64,000 nt of DNA from Candidatus Pyrohabitans jungbluthii (GTDB lineage Archaea > Hydrothermarchaeota > Hydrothermarchaeia > Hydrothermarchaeales > BMS3B), in assembly GCA_002010065.2 (NCBI GenBank), contig MTMD02000006.1:15133-79132 (forward strand). The letters are read 5' to 3'. The notes under the pieces were generated by a model. It saw only the letters and a list, made by a program, of their open reading frames with translations. It did not search any database and was not told the DNA's origin. Position numbers and translations under genes: made by a program. This document shows, one piece after another, positions 21,702-30,334 of this stretch (positions are counted from its first letter, which is position 1; the number at the start of each line of letters is the position of its first letter).

Positions 21702-22259
21702 CTACCTCCAACTTATTATTACTCCATCGTCTGCGCTATGACCCAACAACTCCCCGTAGCTCTTCAGCCTCGCCTCAAATGTTACCATGGCACCTTTGGG
21801 AATCTCCAGAGCCTTTTCCTTCTGGTCAGATCTAAGTTTAACACTCATATCTGACGTGAAAGTGTCTGGCTTGCATCTCAATGACATCATTAGAGACTCT
21901 GACACATCCACTAGTTCGCAGGTCCACCTGACATACTTCCCTTTATATTTCTCAAATTCTACCTTCTTCTGGGCATCCGTCAGAGAGCCTTCCATTCCAA
22001 AGAGGGAATCAAACTCATAGAAGCTTATATCTATGTACTCTTTTGGAGGAGGCGTTGCTGCAGATCCTGTTGATGTAGAGCCTTCTTCGCCGCCTCCGAA
22101 CAATGCTGCTACGAACATCAAGCCAAAGAGCACTATGAAAGCTTTCGTCACAATGTGCCTTCTCCCCCACCAGCTGCGGTTATCATGCCCGCAGTGAGGG
22201 CACTCTTTGGCTTTTGAAGATATCTCCGCTCCACATTCTTTGCATTTTACCAGCCCCAA
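21702..22259 (-). CDS. Zinc-ribbon, TM helix and extracellular OB-fold-like membrane protein
   Basis: CKECG...CPHCG, one TM helix, KYKGKYVRWTC.L..V as in tRNA_anti-like OB domains. Confidence 0.7.
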   Translation of the reverse strand: MGLVKCKECGAEISSKAKECPHCGHDNRSWWGRRHIVTKAFIVLFGLMFVAALFGGGEEGSTSTGSAATPPPKEYIDISFYEFDSLFGMEGSLTDAQKKVEFEKYKGKYVRWTCELVDVSESLMMSLRCKPDTFTSDMSVKLRSDQKEKALEIPKGAMVTFEARLKSYGELLGHSADDGVIISWR

Positions 22260-22302
22260 TTTCTCAAACCCCCTATATTCTCTAATAAATTCCTTAATTT
22301 TA

Positions 22303-22485
22303 TTACTCCCTCACCCCCTCTTTTTTGTACGTGGTTTTTAGTTCCTGTTCCTTAAGCCACTCGATTAGAGCGGTCCGGACGACATCTGCTTTAGTAGGAT
22401 ACTTCCCTTTATCAACCAACTTCTGGACTTTTTCGTATGTCTCTTCTGAAACACCAATCTTTATGAAATATGTTTTCTGCGGCAT
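22303..22485 (-). CDS. Ribbon-helix-helix regulator (candidate repressor)
   Basis: IKIGVSEE....VQKLVDKGKYPTKADVVRTAL. Confidence 0.8.
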   Translation of the reverse strand: MPQKTYFIKIGVSEETYEKVQKLVDKGKYPTKADVVRTALIEWLKEQELKTTYKKEGVRE

Positions 22486-22644
22486 TTTTTCACGCCCTTA
22501 TTAGTAACTAAAAGGTTACTTATAAAGTTAACGTCACGGTTCCCGATTTTCTAAATATTTTTGCACAGTCCCGGAATCTCAAAAGTTAGAATTTCAAAGC
22601 CGCGAAATCTGGTTCGAATTATTCCCCATATACTACACTTTTTT

Positions 22645-22725
22645 GGAACTTAGTTAGAACTTCAAACCGTAAAGTATTTATACCATTCCCGTATTAGGAA
22701 CTTATCAGGAACTTTATTAGAACTA
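22645..22725 (+). promoter_or_regulatory. Rightward early promoter flanked by 11-bp phased RGAACT operators
   Basis: RGAACT at 22645, 22656, 22697, 22708 and 22719; BRE/TATA AAAGTATTTATA at 22671-22682. Confidence 0.65.
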
Positions 22726-22739
22726 CTGGAGGAGAAAGT

Positions 22740-22961
22740 ATGGCAGAGCGTGAGATTGTGAAACTGACTCTCTCGAAGGGCTTTGCAAAAGCCGTTGACG
22801 CGCTCGTAGAAAAAGGGGACTATAAGTCCCGGCCGGACTTCTTCGAGAAGGCTGGGCATCTCCTTCTTGAGAAGCATGGCATGCTCGTACAGTCCGCTCA
22901 ACCACCGCGCCACATCAGCGACGCCACCGGCAACAGGGTGCAGAAAGTGGAGGTGGACTGA
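22740..22961 (+). CDS. Ribbon-helix-helix regulator (Cro-like position)
   Basis: VKLTLSKG....VDALVEKGDYKSRPDFF. Confidence 0.8.
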   Translation: MAEREIVKLTLSKGFAKAVDALVEKGDYKSRPDFFEKAGHLLLEKHGMLVQSAQPPRHISDATGNRVQKVEVD

Positions 22962-22964
22962 GCC

Positions 22965-23225
22965 ATGCCTGAGATTCTTGCCATCATCGATACAGGGGAA
23001 GAAATAGTTCCGGGACTCACACTGAAGCGTTGGGAGCACCTCTGCTACCTCACCAAGGACGAGATTTTCGAGCTCGGGAGGCGCGGTCTACGCGAGCTTT
23101 TCAAGAAGCTCGGCAAGCAGCATCCAGAGGCGAAGTGGCTGAAGCTGAAGATGCGCGGCATTCGAAGACACTATGGTTTGCACGAGTTCGACCCCTGGCT
23201 GAATCCATACCGGAGGGACAGGTGA
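22965..23225 (+). CDS. Viral hypothetical protein
   Basis: GGAGGTGG RBS, early operon. Confidence 0.6.
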   Translation: MPEILAIIDTGEEIVPGLTLKRWEHLCYLTKDEIFELGRRGLRELFKKLGKQHPEAKWLKLKMRGIRRHYGLHEFDPWLNPYRRDR

Positions 23226-23359
23226 TGGCGCTGGAGCAGGTTCTCAGGCTCAGACTGAGCAGGGAGCAGGTCCAGAAGCTCACCAAGGGGCACAAGATCA
23301 CCGAGATTCTGCCGAGCGGCGAGGTGCTGGAGATCACCGCGGAGGTGAGTGACAATTGA
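23225..23359 (+). CDS. Viral microprotein (44 aa, MALEQVLRL...)
   Basis: Start overlaps the upstream stop; stop overlaps the next start. Confidence 0.55.
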   Translation: MALEQVLRLRLSREQVQKLTKGHKITEILPSGEVLEITAEVSDN

Positions 23360-23676
23360 ACGAGGACGAGCTCTTCCGCAGGGTTGTGCGCGTGTTTTTG
23401 GAGAAGCATGGTGACGAGGTCAGGCGCGCGGTGAAGGGTGACTTGCTCCTCGAGGCAGGACTCAAGCGTCTCGAAGAAATCGCGGGCATCACTCACCATG
23501 GCAGCCCTAAAGTCTCTTTTTCTGGAGCTTTGCAGGCTCGGGCTGCCCATCCCCCCAAACCCCTCCCCACTACCTCCGTGGGCGCTGGAGGTACCCCCCA
23601 CGCCGACTTCGCTGTACGAGGCTTCTCGCCCTCTGGCGCCCACTCTTTTTTCTGCCAGGAGGTGAGTGAGCATTGA
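23356..23676 (+). CDS. Viral hypothetical protein
   Basis: GGAGGTGA RBS, coupled ORF. Confidence 0.55.
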   Translation: MNEDELFRRVVRVFLEKHGDEVRRAVKGDLLLEAGLKRLEEIAGITHHGSPKVSFSGALQARAAHPPKPLPTTSVGAGGTPHADFAVRGFSPSGAHSFFCQEVSEH

Positions 23677-24368
23677 ACCTCAATGCTGCTGATGCGGGTG
23701 TTGGGGCGGGCTCCATCTCCCACATCGCCTCCTCTATACCCAGCGCCCCCACCCCCTCTCTCAAATTTAAAACGTGGAAAGACACCACTTGGTATTATAC
23801 CCAGGTCCCTGACTGGCTTCTTGAGGATGCGCATAAGTACGCCCTGGAGAGGCGGGAGTTCAAGCGTTCCAGCACCGACAACGTGCCGATATTTCAGACC
23901 GATCCCGTTGAGAATGAAAAGGTAGGTATCATAGGCGAGCTCGTCTGCGGCTTCCTCTTCGCCAGGAACATCAACATCAGGCTAATCGATAGGCCTACTG
24001 ATATGATTGATGGTGGCGACGGCGGTGCAGACTTCTATCTGCAGCGCTCCGACGACGAAGACAACCTAGCTAAGATAGACGTGAAAACAGTAGCCAGGAC
24101 AGTTGTCCCAAAGCCTCACTACAGCTGCGTGGTTGCACACAAGCAGCTCATCAGAAAGAGCGGCGAAGAAATCCTGGTTTTTGTCAGCTACACCAAGCCC
24201 TCGAGGCTCGCCTTTGTTCTCGGCTGGCTTACTGTTGCAGAATTCAATGAGAAAGCACGGTACAGGAGGAAGGGCTACCGCTACAACAGCTTTGTAGCTC
24301 CAACAGCGTTCCACGAGGTCTACGTGAGGGAGCTCAGGCCAATTTCTGAACTCCTCGAGTGGAGGTGA
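23673..24368 (+). CDS. PD-(D/E)XK-like nuclease
   Basis: GIIGE...GGADF...KIDVKT motif arrangement. Confidence 0.6.
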   Translation: MNLNAADAGVGAGSISHIASSIPSAPTPSLKFKTWKDTTWYYTQVPDWLLEDAHKYALERREFKRSSTDNVPIFQTDPVENEKVGIIGELVCGFLFARNINIRLIDRPTDMIDGGDGGADFYLQRSDDEDNLAKIDVKTVARTVVPKPHYSCVVAHKQLIRKSGEEILVFVSYTKPSRLAFVLGWLTVAEFNEKARYRRKGYRYNSFVAPTAFHEVYVRELRPISELLEWR

Positions 24369-24373
24369 GAAGG

Positions 24374-24637
24374 TTGGAGGAAGAAGCAAAGTATGATCTG
24401 CAGCTGGCTTTTCTGGAGAAGTTCAATCAGGAGCTCAGAGCAGCCGCCCAAATCGTAGCAGACAGGATGCCCACGCATGGCATCCCTGAAAAAGACTTCG
24501 AATATCACACTGACTGGGCTAGGTTGAAAATCAAGCGGGCGAGGACGCTTCAGACCAGGAACAAGGAGAAAATCATCGACGACCTGCGCGATGCGATCAA
24601 TTACTGCGTCTTTGCGATTCTCTCCCTGGAGGAATGA
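24374..24637 (+). CDS. DUF1599/nucleotide-modification-associated all-alpha protein
   Basis: RLKIKR...E.IIDDLRDAINYCVF. Confidence 0.55.
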   Translation: MEEEAKYDLQLAFLEKFNQELRAAAQIVADRMPTHGIPEKDFEYHTDWARLKIKRARTLQTRNKEKIIDDLRDAINYCVFAILSLEE

Positions 24638-24640
24638 GGG

Positions 24641-25081
24641 ATGGAGGAAAAGACCCAATACGACCCATCATCCCGTAGCTTCGACGACGCCCCTTCAACT
24701 GCAGCGCTTGAGGCGGAGATAGTTCCGCAATTGCTCAGCCTGCCCAAGCAGATTCGGGAGAAAATGCTCGATATCCTGCTCATGCAAAGCAGGATCAACG
24801 AGACAGAGTTCGAACTCAAACAATGGGAAGCGGAGCAAATCCAGGACATTGCCACAGCGGTTGACGAGAATGGCAGAAAGCTCTTCAGCAACGAGAAGCT
24901 GCGGCAGGCAGAACTCGAGCGCAGGAAGGCTGAGGATCAGAGGTACAAGCAGCTCAGCGAAGCGCTGCAGGAGTATAAAGAGCAACAAGAGAAGGACAGG
25001 ATAGAGCTCGAGTACCTGCGCTATCAATTCCGTGCTTTAGAAATCTATACGCGATTTCTTGAAGCGACGAGGGGGCTGTAG
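24641..25081 (+). CDS. Coiled-coil protein (UvsY-like recombination mediator?)
   Basis: All-helical with FSNEKLRQAE; adjacent to an SSB-like gene. Confidence 0.45.
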   Translation: MEEKTQYDPSSRSFDDAPSTAALEAEIVPQLLSLPKQIREKMLDILLMQSRINETEFELKQWEAEQIQDIATAVDENGRKLFSNEKLRQAELERRKAEDQRYKQLSEALQEYKEQQEKDRIELEYLRYQFRALEIYTRFLEATRGL

Positions 25082-25198
25082 CCAGATGAAGCTGGAGAAA
25101 GACCCGTTTGCTGGAATACCAGTCACAGAAGACGAAATTTGCGAATATTTCATGAAAAAATATTATCCACTTGAAAAGAAAGCCATGGAGGGAAAGAA

Positions 25199-25642
25199 AT
25201 GAGTCTGGATGGTTGGATACAGAAGGCTGAAGAGGAAGCGGAAAAGCTCCCCGCGAGCGGCGGGGAGTTCTGGAAGCCAGGCGATGGAATGTACAAGATC
25301 TTGCTCGGAGAGCCGAAGTTCAGAGATCAGGAGTTCAACAAGAAGGACGGCACGGTGGAAAAGAGGCGCATGGCAGATTTTCCAATCCTACTCGTGGAGG
25401 ATGGGCAAGTTGCCGGAAGAGCGACATGGAGCATGAGGGTGAGCAGACATGAGAAGTCAGTATACCAGAAGGTGCTCAGAGCTGCGAAAGAAGCTGTGAA
25501 AGCGGGGGATATCACAGAAGTGGACGGTGCAAAGCTCCTCGCTTTGATTGTAGAGGTGCGAGGCGAAGGGCTGAGTAGAGAGTGGTCTGTCTCAAACGTC
25601 AGCGAGTACAAGAAGAAGCTGGAGCAAGTCGCAAGCCTCTGA
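25199..25642 (+). CDS. Putative ssDNA-binding protein
   Basis: EFWKPGDG.YKI resembles gp32-like/OB SSB N-termini. Confidence 0.45.
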   Translation: MSLDGWIQKAEEEAEKLPASGGEFWKPGDGMYKILLGEPKFRDQEFNKKDGTVEKRRMADFPILLVEDGQVAGRATWSMRVSRHEKSVYQKVLRAAKEAVKAGDITEVDGAKLLALIVEVRGEGLSREWSVSNVSEYKKKLEQVASL

Positions 25643-25646
25643 GGCG

Positions 25647-26228
25647 GTGGCAATGTGCGACTACCCGGAATATGCGGCTCATAGTCTCCCCGGGCCTCTC
25701 CAGGAAGCTCACAAGCGCAGCATGCCCTTCCTCACTAAGTATGACGAGATGTTGAAAAAACACCTAGACAACCTGCCAGAAGAGATAAAAGCCAAGGTCC
25801 TTGAACGCCTCTCCGAGCCACAACCCCGCAAAGGCATGCTCCTCGGTGGGCTGCACCTGGAGGACCTGCCGCGGGTAGTCAAAGAGATTGCTGACTTGAT
25901 GGATGCTAGCATATACGCACCACATCAGCCCGATGTGAGGAGCGTGACCGTCAAGTTTGGCTGGGAGTGGCCGGAAGGCGATGACCACCACGTTTTCCTA
26001 GAAATCGTCGATGTGGACCGCGGGGAGAGTAGGAACACCGTAACACTGAGCAGAGTATTCTGCGAAAACTGCGGTGGGGTCTTCTACATCCCGGTGCCTC
26101 CTGCATGCTTCCCGGGAAACCCTCCAGCATACTCTTGCCCATATTGTCTCGGCGAGTCGCTCCGCATCCTCGAGAGGGTAACAACGGTGGTACAGGCGGA
26201 AGTGCCAGCACCTCGTGGGCGGAGGTGA
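25647..26228 (+). CDS. Hypothetical protein with C-terminal zinc ribbon
   Basis: CENCGG...CPYCLG. Confidence 0.6.
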   Translation: MAMCDYPEYAAHSLPGPLQEAHKRSMPFLTKYDEMLKKHLDNLPEEIKAKVLERLSEPQPRKGMLLGGLHLEDLPRVVKEIADLMDASIYAPHQPDVRSVTVKFGWEWPEGDDHHVFLEIVDVDRGESRNTVTLSRVFCENCGGVFYIPVPPACFPGNPPAYSCPYCLGESLRILERVTTVVQAEVPAPRGRR

Positions 26229-26234
26229 ACCACA

Positions 26235-27215
26235 ATGCCAGAGCTGTGGTTGAAAATCGAGGAAGGTGCAGTCACTGAGGTCAAGCTAGATGGGATATCC
26301 GCAGCTCTAAAGAAGCCTGTAGAGTCCACAGAGATTCCTTTCTTTCTTGAGGCAGTAGGGTTTCTCCAACGTTGTGGTTTCGGATTCAAGGTTCCAGAGA
26401 ACTCGAAAGCTGAGGTCCAGGATCCTGGGGCTGAGGTTCCTACCACACCGAAAGAGAGACACTCTGGTGAAGACGAAAAAAAGCCAAGCGCTTTCTTCTG
26501 TATCCCTCACGACGAAAGGGAGAAAAAGATTCTCACAATTCTCGAGGGTGGAGAAAAGCTCGGTGCAAAAGAAATTGCAGAGAAGCTTGGTGGCATCAGC
26601 TCACGTGGATTGTCAAAAATACTGCGAAGCATGTATGAGAAAGGGCTCATATTGCGGGAAATAGAGGAGGAGAAGGGAAGGCCCTCGCGCTATATCTACT
26701 TCATACCAACGGAGCTCAGGGAAGAAAACCTGCGTGAAGCAATAATAGCTGTCTTCAAAGAGAGCGGACGCAATCGTCTCAAAGCAAGGCAGATCGCAAA
26801 ACGGCTTGAAAAGAGAGGCATCAGCATTTCCATCCCCAAGCTTAGAGTCGTACTGAAAGACCTCGCAGACGAGGGCATACTGGATGTAGAGAAGCAGAGC
26901 CGCCCTCGCTACTACTCCTCAACAACGCAGCAGCCGGAGAAAGTTGCCTCAGAGTCACCATGGGCTGCTCCTCCAAAGGTCGAAGAGGAGAAGGTAGAGC
27001 TTTCCAGCGAGGAGGAGACAACCCTACAGGAGATTTACGATAAAGGGCAGGTATGGGACGACGAGATCAGCAGGGAAACGAGAAAGCTCTACAGGCAGCT
27101 CGAGGACAAAGGACTACTCAGAGCTTCGGTTACCACCTGGGATGAGGGGAAGAAAAAGTTCCGCCGCGCATTCTGGACCCTCACAGAGAAAGGCATTGCG
27201 GCTCTTGGAGGGTGA
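26235..27215 (+). CDS. Tandem winged-HTH DNA-binding protein
   Basis: Three wHTH-like units: AKEIAEKLG...L..M.EKGLI, ARQIAKRL...L.DEGIL, LEDKGLL...LTEKG. Confidence 0.75.
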   Translation: MPELWLKIEEGAVTEVKLDGISAALKKPVESTEIPFFLEAVGFLQRCGFGFKVPENSKAEVQDPGAEVPTTPKERHSGEDEKKPSAFFCIPHDEREKKILTILEGGEKLGAKEIAEKLGGISSRGLSKILRSMYEKGLILREIEEEKGRPSRYIYFIPTELREENLREAIIAVFKESGRNRLKARQIAKRLEKRGISISIPKLRVVLKDLADEGILDVEKQSRPRYYSSTTQQPEKVASESPWAAPPKVEEEKVELSSEEETTLQEIYDKGQVWDDEISRETRKLYRQLEDKGLLRASVTTWDEGKKKFRRAFWTLTEKGIAALGG

Positions 27216-27218
27216 TAG

Positions 27219-27398
27219 ATGCCCGGCTGGAGAGTTTTCAGGGAGAATATCCTGTGTGCCAGAGAGCTCTTCTTCTGCCCGGAATGCGGCAGCCACGACA
27301 TCTACAAAAGAACCAGGAAGGGTGGGTACTACTGCAACCTCCACAAGGGGATCTTCGAAAAACCTCTCATATTCAGGAGGGTGGAAAACAGTGGTTAA
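27219..27398 (+). CDS. CPxCG zinc-ribbon microprotein (59 aa)
   Basis: Hand translation MPGWRVFRENILCARELFFCPECGSHDIYKRTRKGGYYCNLHKGIF..., preceded by GGAGGGTGA; below the ORF-track cutoff. Confidence 0.7.
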   Translation: MPGWRVFRENILCARELFFCPECGSHDIYKRTRKGGYYCNLHKGIFEKPLIFRRVENSG

Positions 27399-27552
27399 AC
27401 GCAGACGGCTCAGCAAGCAGGAGGAAAGGATACGCAAACTGCAGAGGCTCACCAGGCGCGACCTGGTCAAAAAGGAGCGCCCCATCTGCAACGTGTGCTT
27501 CCGCCCTGTAGGCTCATGCGATTACTGCAGGAAGGAAATGCAGAAGGCATGA
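27391..27552 (+). CDS. Basic Cys4 zinc microprotein (53 aa)
   Basis: GTG after GGAGGGTGG; CNVC...CDYC. Confidence 0.6.
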   Translation: MVKRRRLSKQEERIRKLQRLTRRDLVKKERPICNVCFRPVGSCDYCRKEMQKA

Positions 27553-27567
27553 GAAGGAGGTGAAAAC

Positions 27568-27852
27568 CTGAAGATCAGGCTAACTATCGCGGACCTTTTC
27601 ACCATCCTCGATGCTGCGCATGCCCTAGGGAAGAAAGGAGAAACCGCAAAGGTAGGAGAGCTGAGATGCCATAAGCATGCGCTGATGCAACGCCATGGCT
27701 TAGATGAGAGCAGCGTGGCGAAACTGAAGGAAGCACTGAGGAGAGGTAAGTACAGCATCATAGGAGGTGATGCCGCAAAGGGTAATACCCAATTTTTTGC
27801 AACAAAAAGGGGTAATACCCGAGGTATTACAAAAGCAAATTTTTCGCGTTGA
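27568..27852 (+). CDS. Putative 94-aa protein with a CTG start
   Basis: GGAGGTGA followed 4 nt later by CTG; frame open to TGA at 27850-52. Confidence 0.45.
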   Translation: MKIRLTIADLFTILDAAHALGKKGETAKVGELRCHKHALMQRHGLDESSVAKLKEALRRGKYSIIGGDAAKGNTQFFATKRGNTRGITKANFSR

Positions 27853-28036
27853 TTTATAAATAAACTCAAGAAAAAAATCAGGAGGAAGGAAAGAAAAATG
27901 ATATGGATTAGTTTGGAGAAGGAGAAAAGAAAAAAAGCGTTTCTGGGACGAAATGTATACACGCTGATGTATTCCCTCCGCTACAAAAAAAGCCTTTGGG
28001 TAATACCCGGGGTATTACCCCTGAGGGGTATTACCC
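27780..28036. repeat. GGGTA(A/T)TACCC repeat clusters around an A-rich spacer (candidate origin or operator)
   Basis: Copies at 27780, 27810, 27823 (partial), 27998, 28010 and 28026. Confidence 0.85.
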
Positions 28037-28064
28037 TTACAATGTTCATTGGAGTGGTGCGATC

Positions 28065-28451
28065 ATGCCTTCGAAGGACAGCATTGTGGTCACTGCAAGG
28101 TTGCGAAAAGACGAGTATGAAGCTCTGCAAGAGGTCATGAAGATGCACAGACTCAGCGTTGCAGGCGTGCTCAGGTTCGCAGTGGCGAAGCTGAAGAAGG
28201 ACAAGCCAAGCCCGCGCCTGAAGCTGCCAGAGCACCCAAAGCAGTGCAAGCTGTACAAAGCAATGCTTGACTGGATGCGGAAAAGCGGCACGCCAAAGTT
28301 ACCGCCGTCAGAGCTCAGAAAGATCCAGTACTTCACAGGCATCATGACTAAACAGACCCTGGAGCGCTACCTCGAGGCGCTAGAAGTACAGGGCTTCGTG
28401 AAGCGCAATCGCGGATATGTTACGGTGCTGAAGAAGTGGGAGGAGGATTAG
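28065..28451 (+). CDS. RHH plus wHTH DNA-binding protein (candidate initiator)
   Basis: VVTARL...EYEAL......LSVAGVLRFAV and TLERYLEALEVQGFV. Confidence 0.65.
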   Translation: MPSKDSIVVTARLRKDEYEALQEVMKMHRLSVAGVLRFAVAKLKKDKPSPRLKLPEHPKQCKLYKAMLDWMRKSGTPKLPPSELRKIQYFTGIMTKQTLERYLEALEVQGFVKRNRGYVTVLKKWEED

Positions 28452-28452
28452 G

Positions 28453-28659
28453 ATGCTATATGACCTGTATGAGATCATTCTGGAGAATCCGGGCATAACG
28501 AGGAAGGAGATACTCAAGGAAGTTGACCTGCATCCGACGAACGTATCAAAGTACATCTCGCGCCTTGTGAAGAAAGGCAAAGTTGTTAGAGTCAGGGAGC
28601 GGGTGCCAGGAAACGTCACGCGCTACTATCCAGTTGAGATAGCTGGAAAGAGGAGATAA
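28453..28659 (+). CDS. Small winged-HTH protein
   Basis: ENPGITRKEI...TNVSKYISRLVKKGKV. Confidence 0.8.
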   Translation: MLYDLYEIILENPGITRKEILKEVDLHPTNVSKYISRLVKKGKVVRVRERVPGNVTRYYPVEIAGKRR

Positions 28660-28797
28660 AAATGCGTTGGAAAATCTTTTCTTGGCAAAGTTGAGAGGGG
28701 GGAGAGGCGTGAAGTGGAGATGCGTTGATGACTCAAAGCCACTTGGAAGGTGCATCTATAGCGCCTCGACAATAACAGTGAGGTGGGAGTTGGTGCC

Positions 28798-30318
28798 ATG
28801 AGCCGAGACCGCGTCATGATTGAATTGCTAGATTACTCATTAAGCAATCTAAAGAGAGAGTTGGAGCGGCTAGACGAATACATACAAGAACTCCAGAGGG
28901 AGAGGGAAAGGATAAGCATAGAGATAGAGAAGAAGCTCGAGGAGCTGAAGGCACCACCCGACATAGATGTAGAAGAGCTGAAGAACTTCCTCAGAAACAG
29001 GGAGAAGTACATCCTGCTCCACAAGAGGGCAGATCAGTGGTGGATAGTCGTACCGAGATTTGTGAACCTTTACCTTGGTTGGCTGGAGCACGAGACGCCC
29101 TCCTTCAGGGTGTTTGCGATCAACAAGTACTTCAACTGGATTCTCGACCTGCCGAAGGAGATCAGGGAGAAAATAAAAGCCCCCGAGCCAGAGCCCTTCA
29201 CGGTCTCAGATGGATTTCTCATCACCCCACCGGAGTTGCAGGATAGAGCCTGGCAGAAGTACAGAAAGCACCTCACCAGGAGAGAAGGGAAAGACAAGAT
29301 AAGGATAAAAGCCGGGCACGAGTTCCTGCTTATCGCCAAAATAATAGAGGAGGGCTCTCTGCCCTTCGTCCCAAAGCCTGTTTCTGAGAAAGATCTGAGA
29401 GACTGGAACAAAATAAAGCTGAGAAGCCACCAGGAGAAAGCTTGGCAGCAGCTTCTTAAGTGGGGCGCTATCGGCATATTCTGGCCCTACGGCGCTGGCA
29501 AAAGCTACTTCGGGATATACCTCCTTGCAAGGATAACAGGGAGAAAGCTCGTGGTGGTTCCAACGGTTCTACTCAAAGAGCAGTGGATAAAGAGGATAAG
29601 AAAGCACATACCTGAGTTCGAGCATGAAATTGATGTAATAACCTACGCAGGCTATGAGAAAGTGAGAGACAGGGAGTATACCCTGACAATATACGACGAG
29701 TGCCATCGATTGCCCGCGAACACCTACATCAGGCTCTCCACCATCAGAACCAAATATAGAGTTGGCTTGAGCGGTAGCCCCTTTAGGGAGGACGGCAGAG
29801 AGAACTACATCTTTGCCCTGACCGGCTATCCCCTGGGCATGAACTGGAACGAGTTTATCCGCCAGGGCTACGTGAACGTGCCCACATTCAAAGTCTACAT
29901 TGTTAAGGACGAAAGAGAGAAGCTGAAAAAGCTTGACGAGCTGCTTGGAATCCCGCTTAAAACAATAATCTTCTGCGACTACCTTGAGCTAGGTAGGAAG
30001 ATCAGCAGCAAATTTGGCATACCCTTCGTTCACGGTGGCACAAAGAACAGGCTGGAGGTAATCAGAAGCAGCAGTACCGTCGTAGTCTCAAGGGTGGGCG
30101 ACGAAGGCATATCCATTCCCGACCTTGAGAGGGTGATAGAGGTTGCCTTCCTAGGGAGAAGCAGGAGGCAAGAGGCTCAGCGCTTCGGCAGACTTATGCA
30201 CAGCCAGCAGCGTGAACCGCAGCACATCATCATAATGACAGAAAGGGAGTTCAAGGAGTACCAGAGGCGACTGTATGCAATAACCGAGAGGGGATTCAGG
30301 ATAGATATAGTGAGATGA
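28798..30318 (+). CDS. XPB/Rad25-like SF2 helicase with N-terminal coiled coil
   Basis: GAGKS, DECH, GLSGSPFREDG, SRVGDEGI, SRRQEAQRFGR (XPB motif VI). Confidence 0.85.
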   Translation: MSRDRVMIELLDYSLSNLKRELERLDEYIQELQRERERISIEIEKKLEELKAPPDIDVEELKNFLRNREKYILLHKRADQWWIVVPRFVNLYLGWLEHETPSFRVFAINKYFNWILDLPKEIREKIKAPEPEPFTVSDGFLITPPELQDRAWQKYRKHLTRREGKDKIRIKAGHEFLLIAKIIEEGSLPFVPKPVSEKDLRDWNKIKLRSHQEKAWQQLLKWGAIGIFWPYGAGKSYFGIYLLARITGRKLVVVPTVLLKEQWIKRIRKHIPEFEHEIDVITYAGYEKVRDREYTLTIYDECHRLPANTYIRLSTIRTKYRVGLSGSPFREDGRENYIFALTGYPLGMNWNEFIRQGYVNVPTFKVYIVKDEREKLKKLDELLGIPLKTIIFCDYLELGRKISSKFGIPFVHGGTKNRLEVIRSSSTVVVSRVGDEGISIPDLERVIEVAFLGRSRRQEAQRFGRLMHSQQREPQHIIIMTEREFKEYQRRLYAITERGFRIDIVR

Positions 30319-30334
30319 ATTGGAGGCCTAGTCC

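Noticed and set aside
25891-25897. CTGACTT inside an early gene as a tenth late promoter
   Set aside because: Followed by GATGGATG with no TATA box
27142-27552. ORF-track entries 27142..27552 and 27212..27511
   Set aside because: Better explained by RBS-supported genes 27219..27398 and 27391..27552
21140-27807. Shared 12-mer TTTGCAACAAAA at 21140 and 27796
   Set aside because: Short, A/T-rich, and one copy lies outside the provirus; compatible with chance
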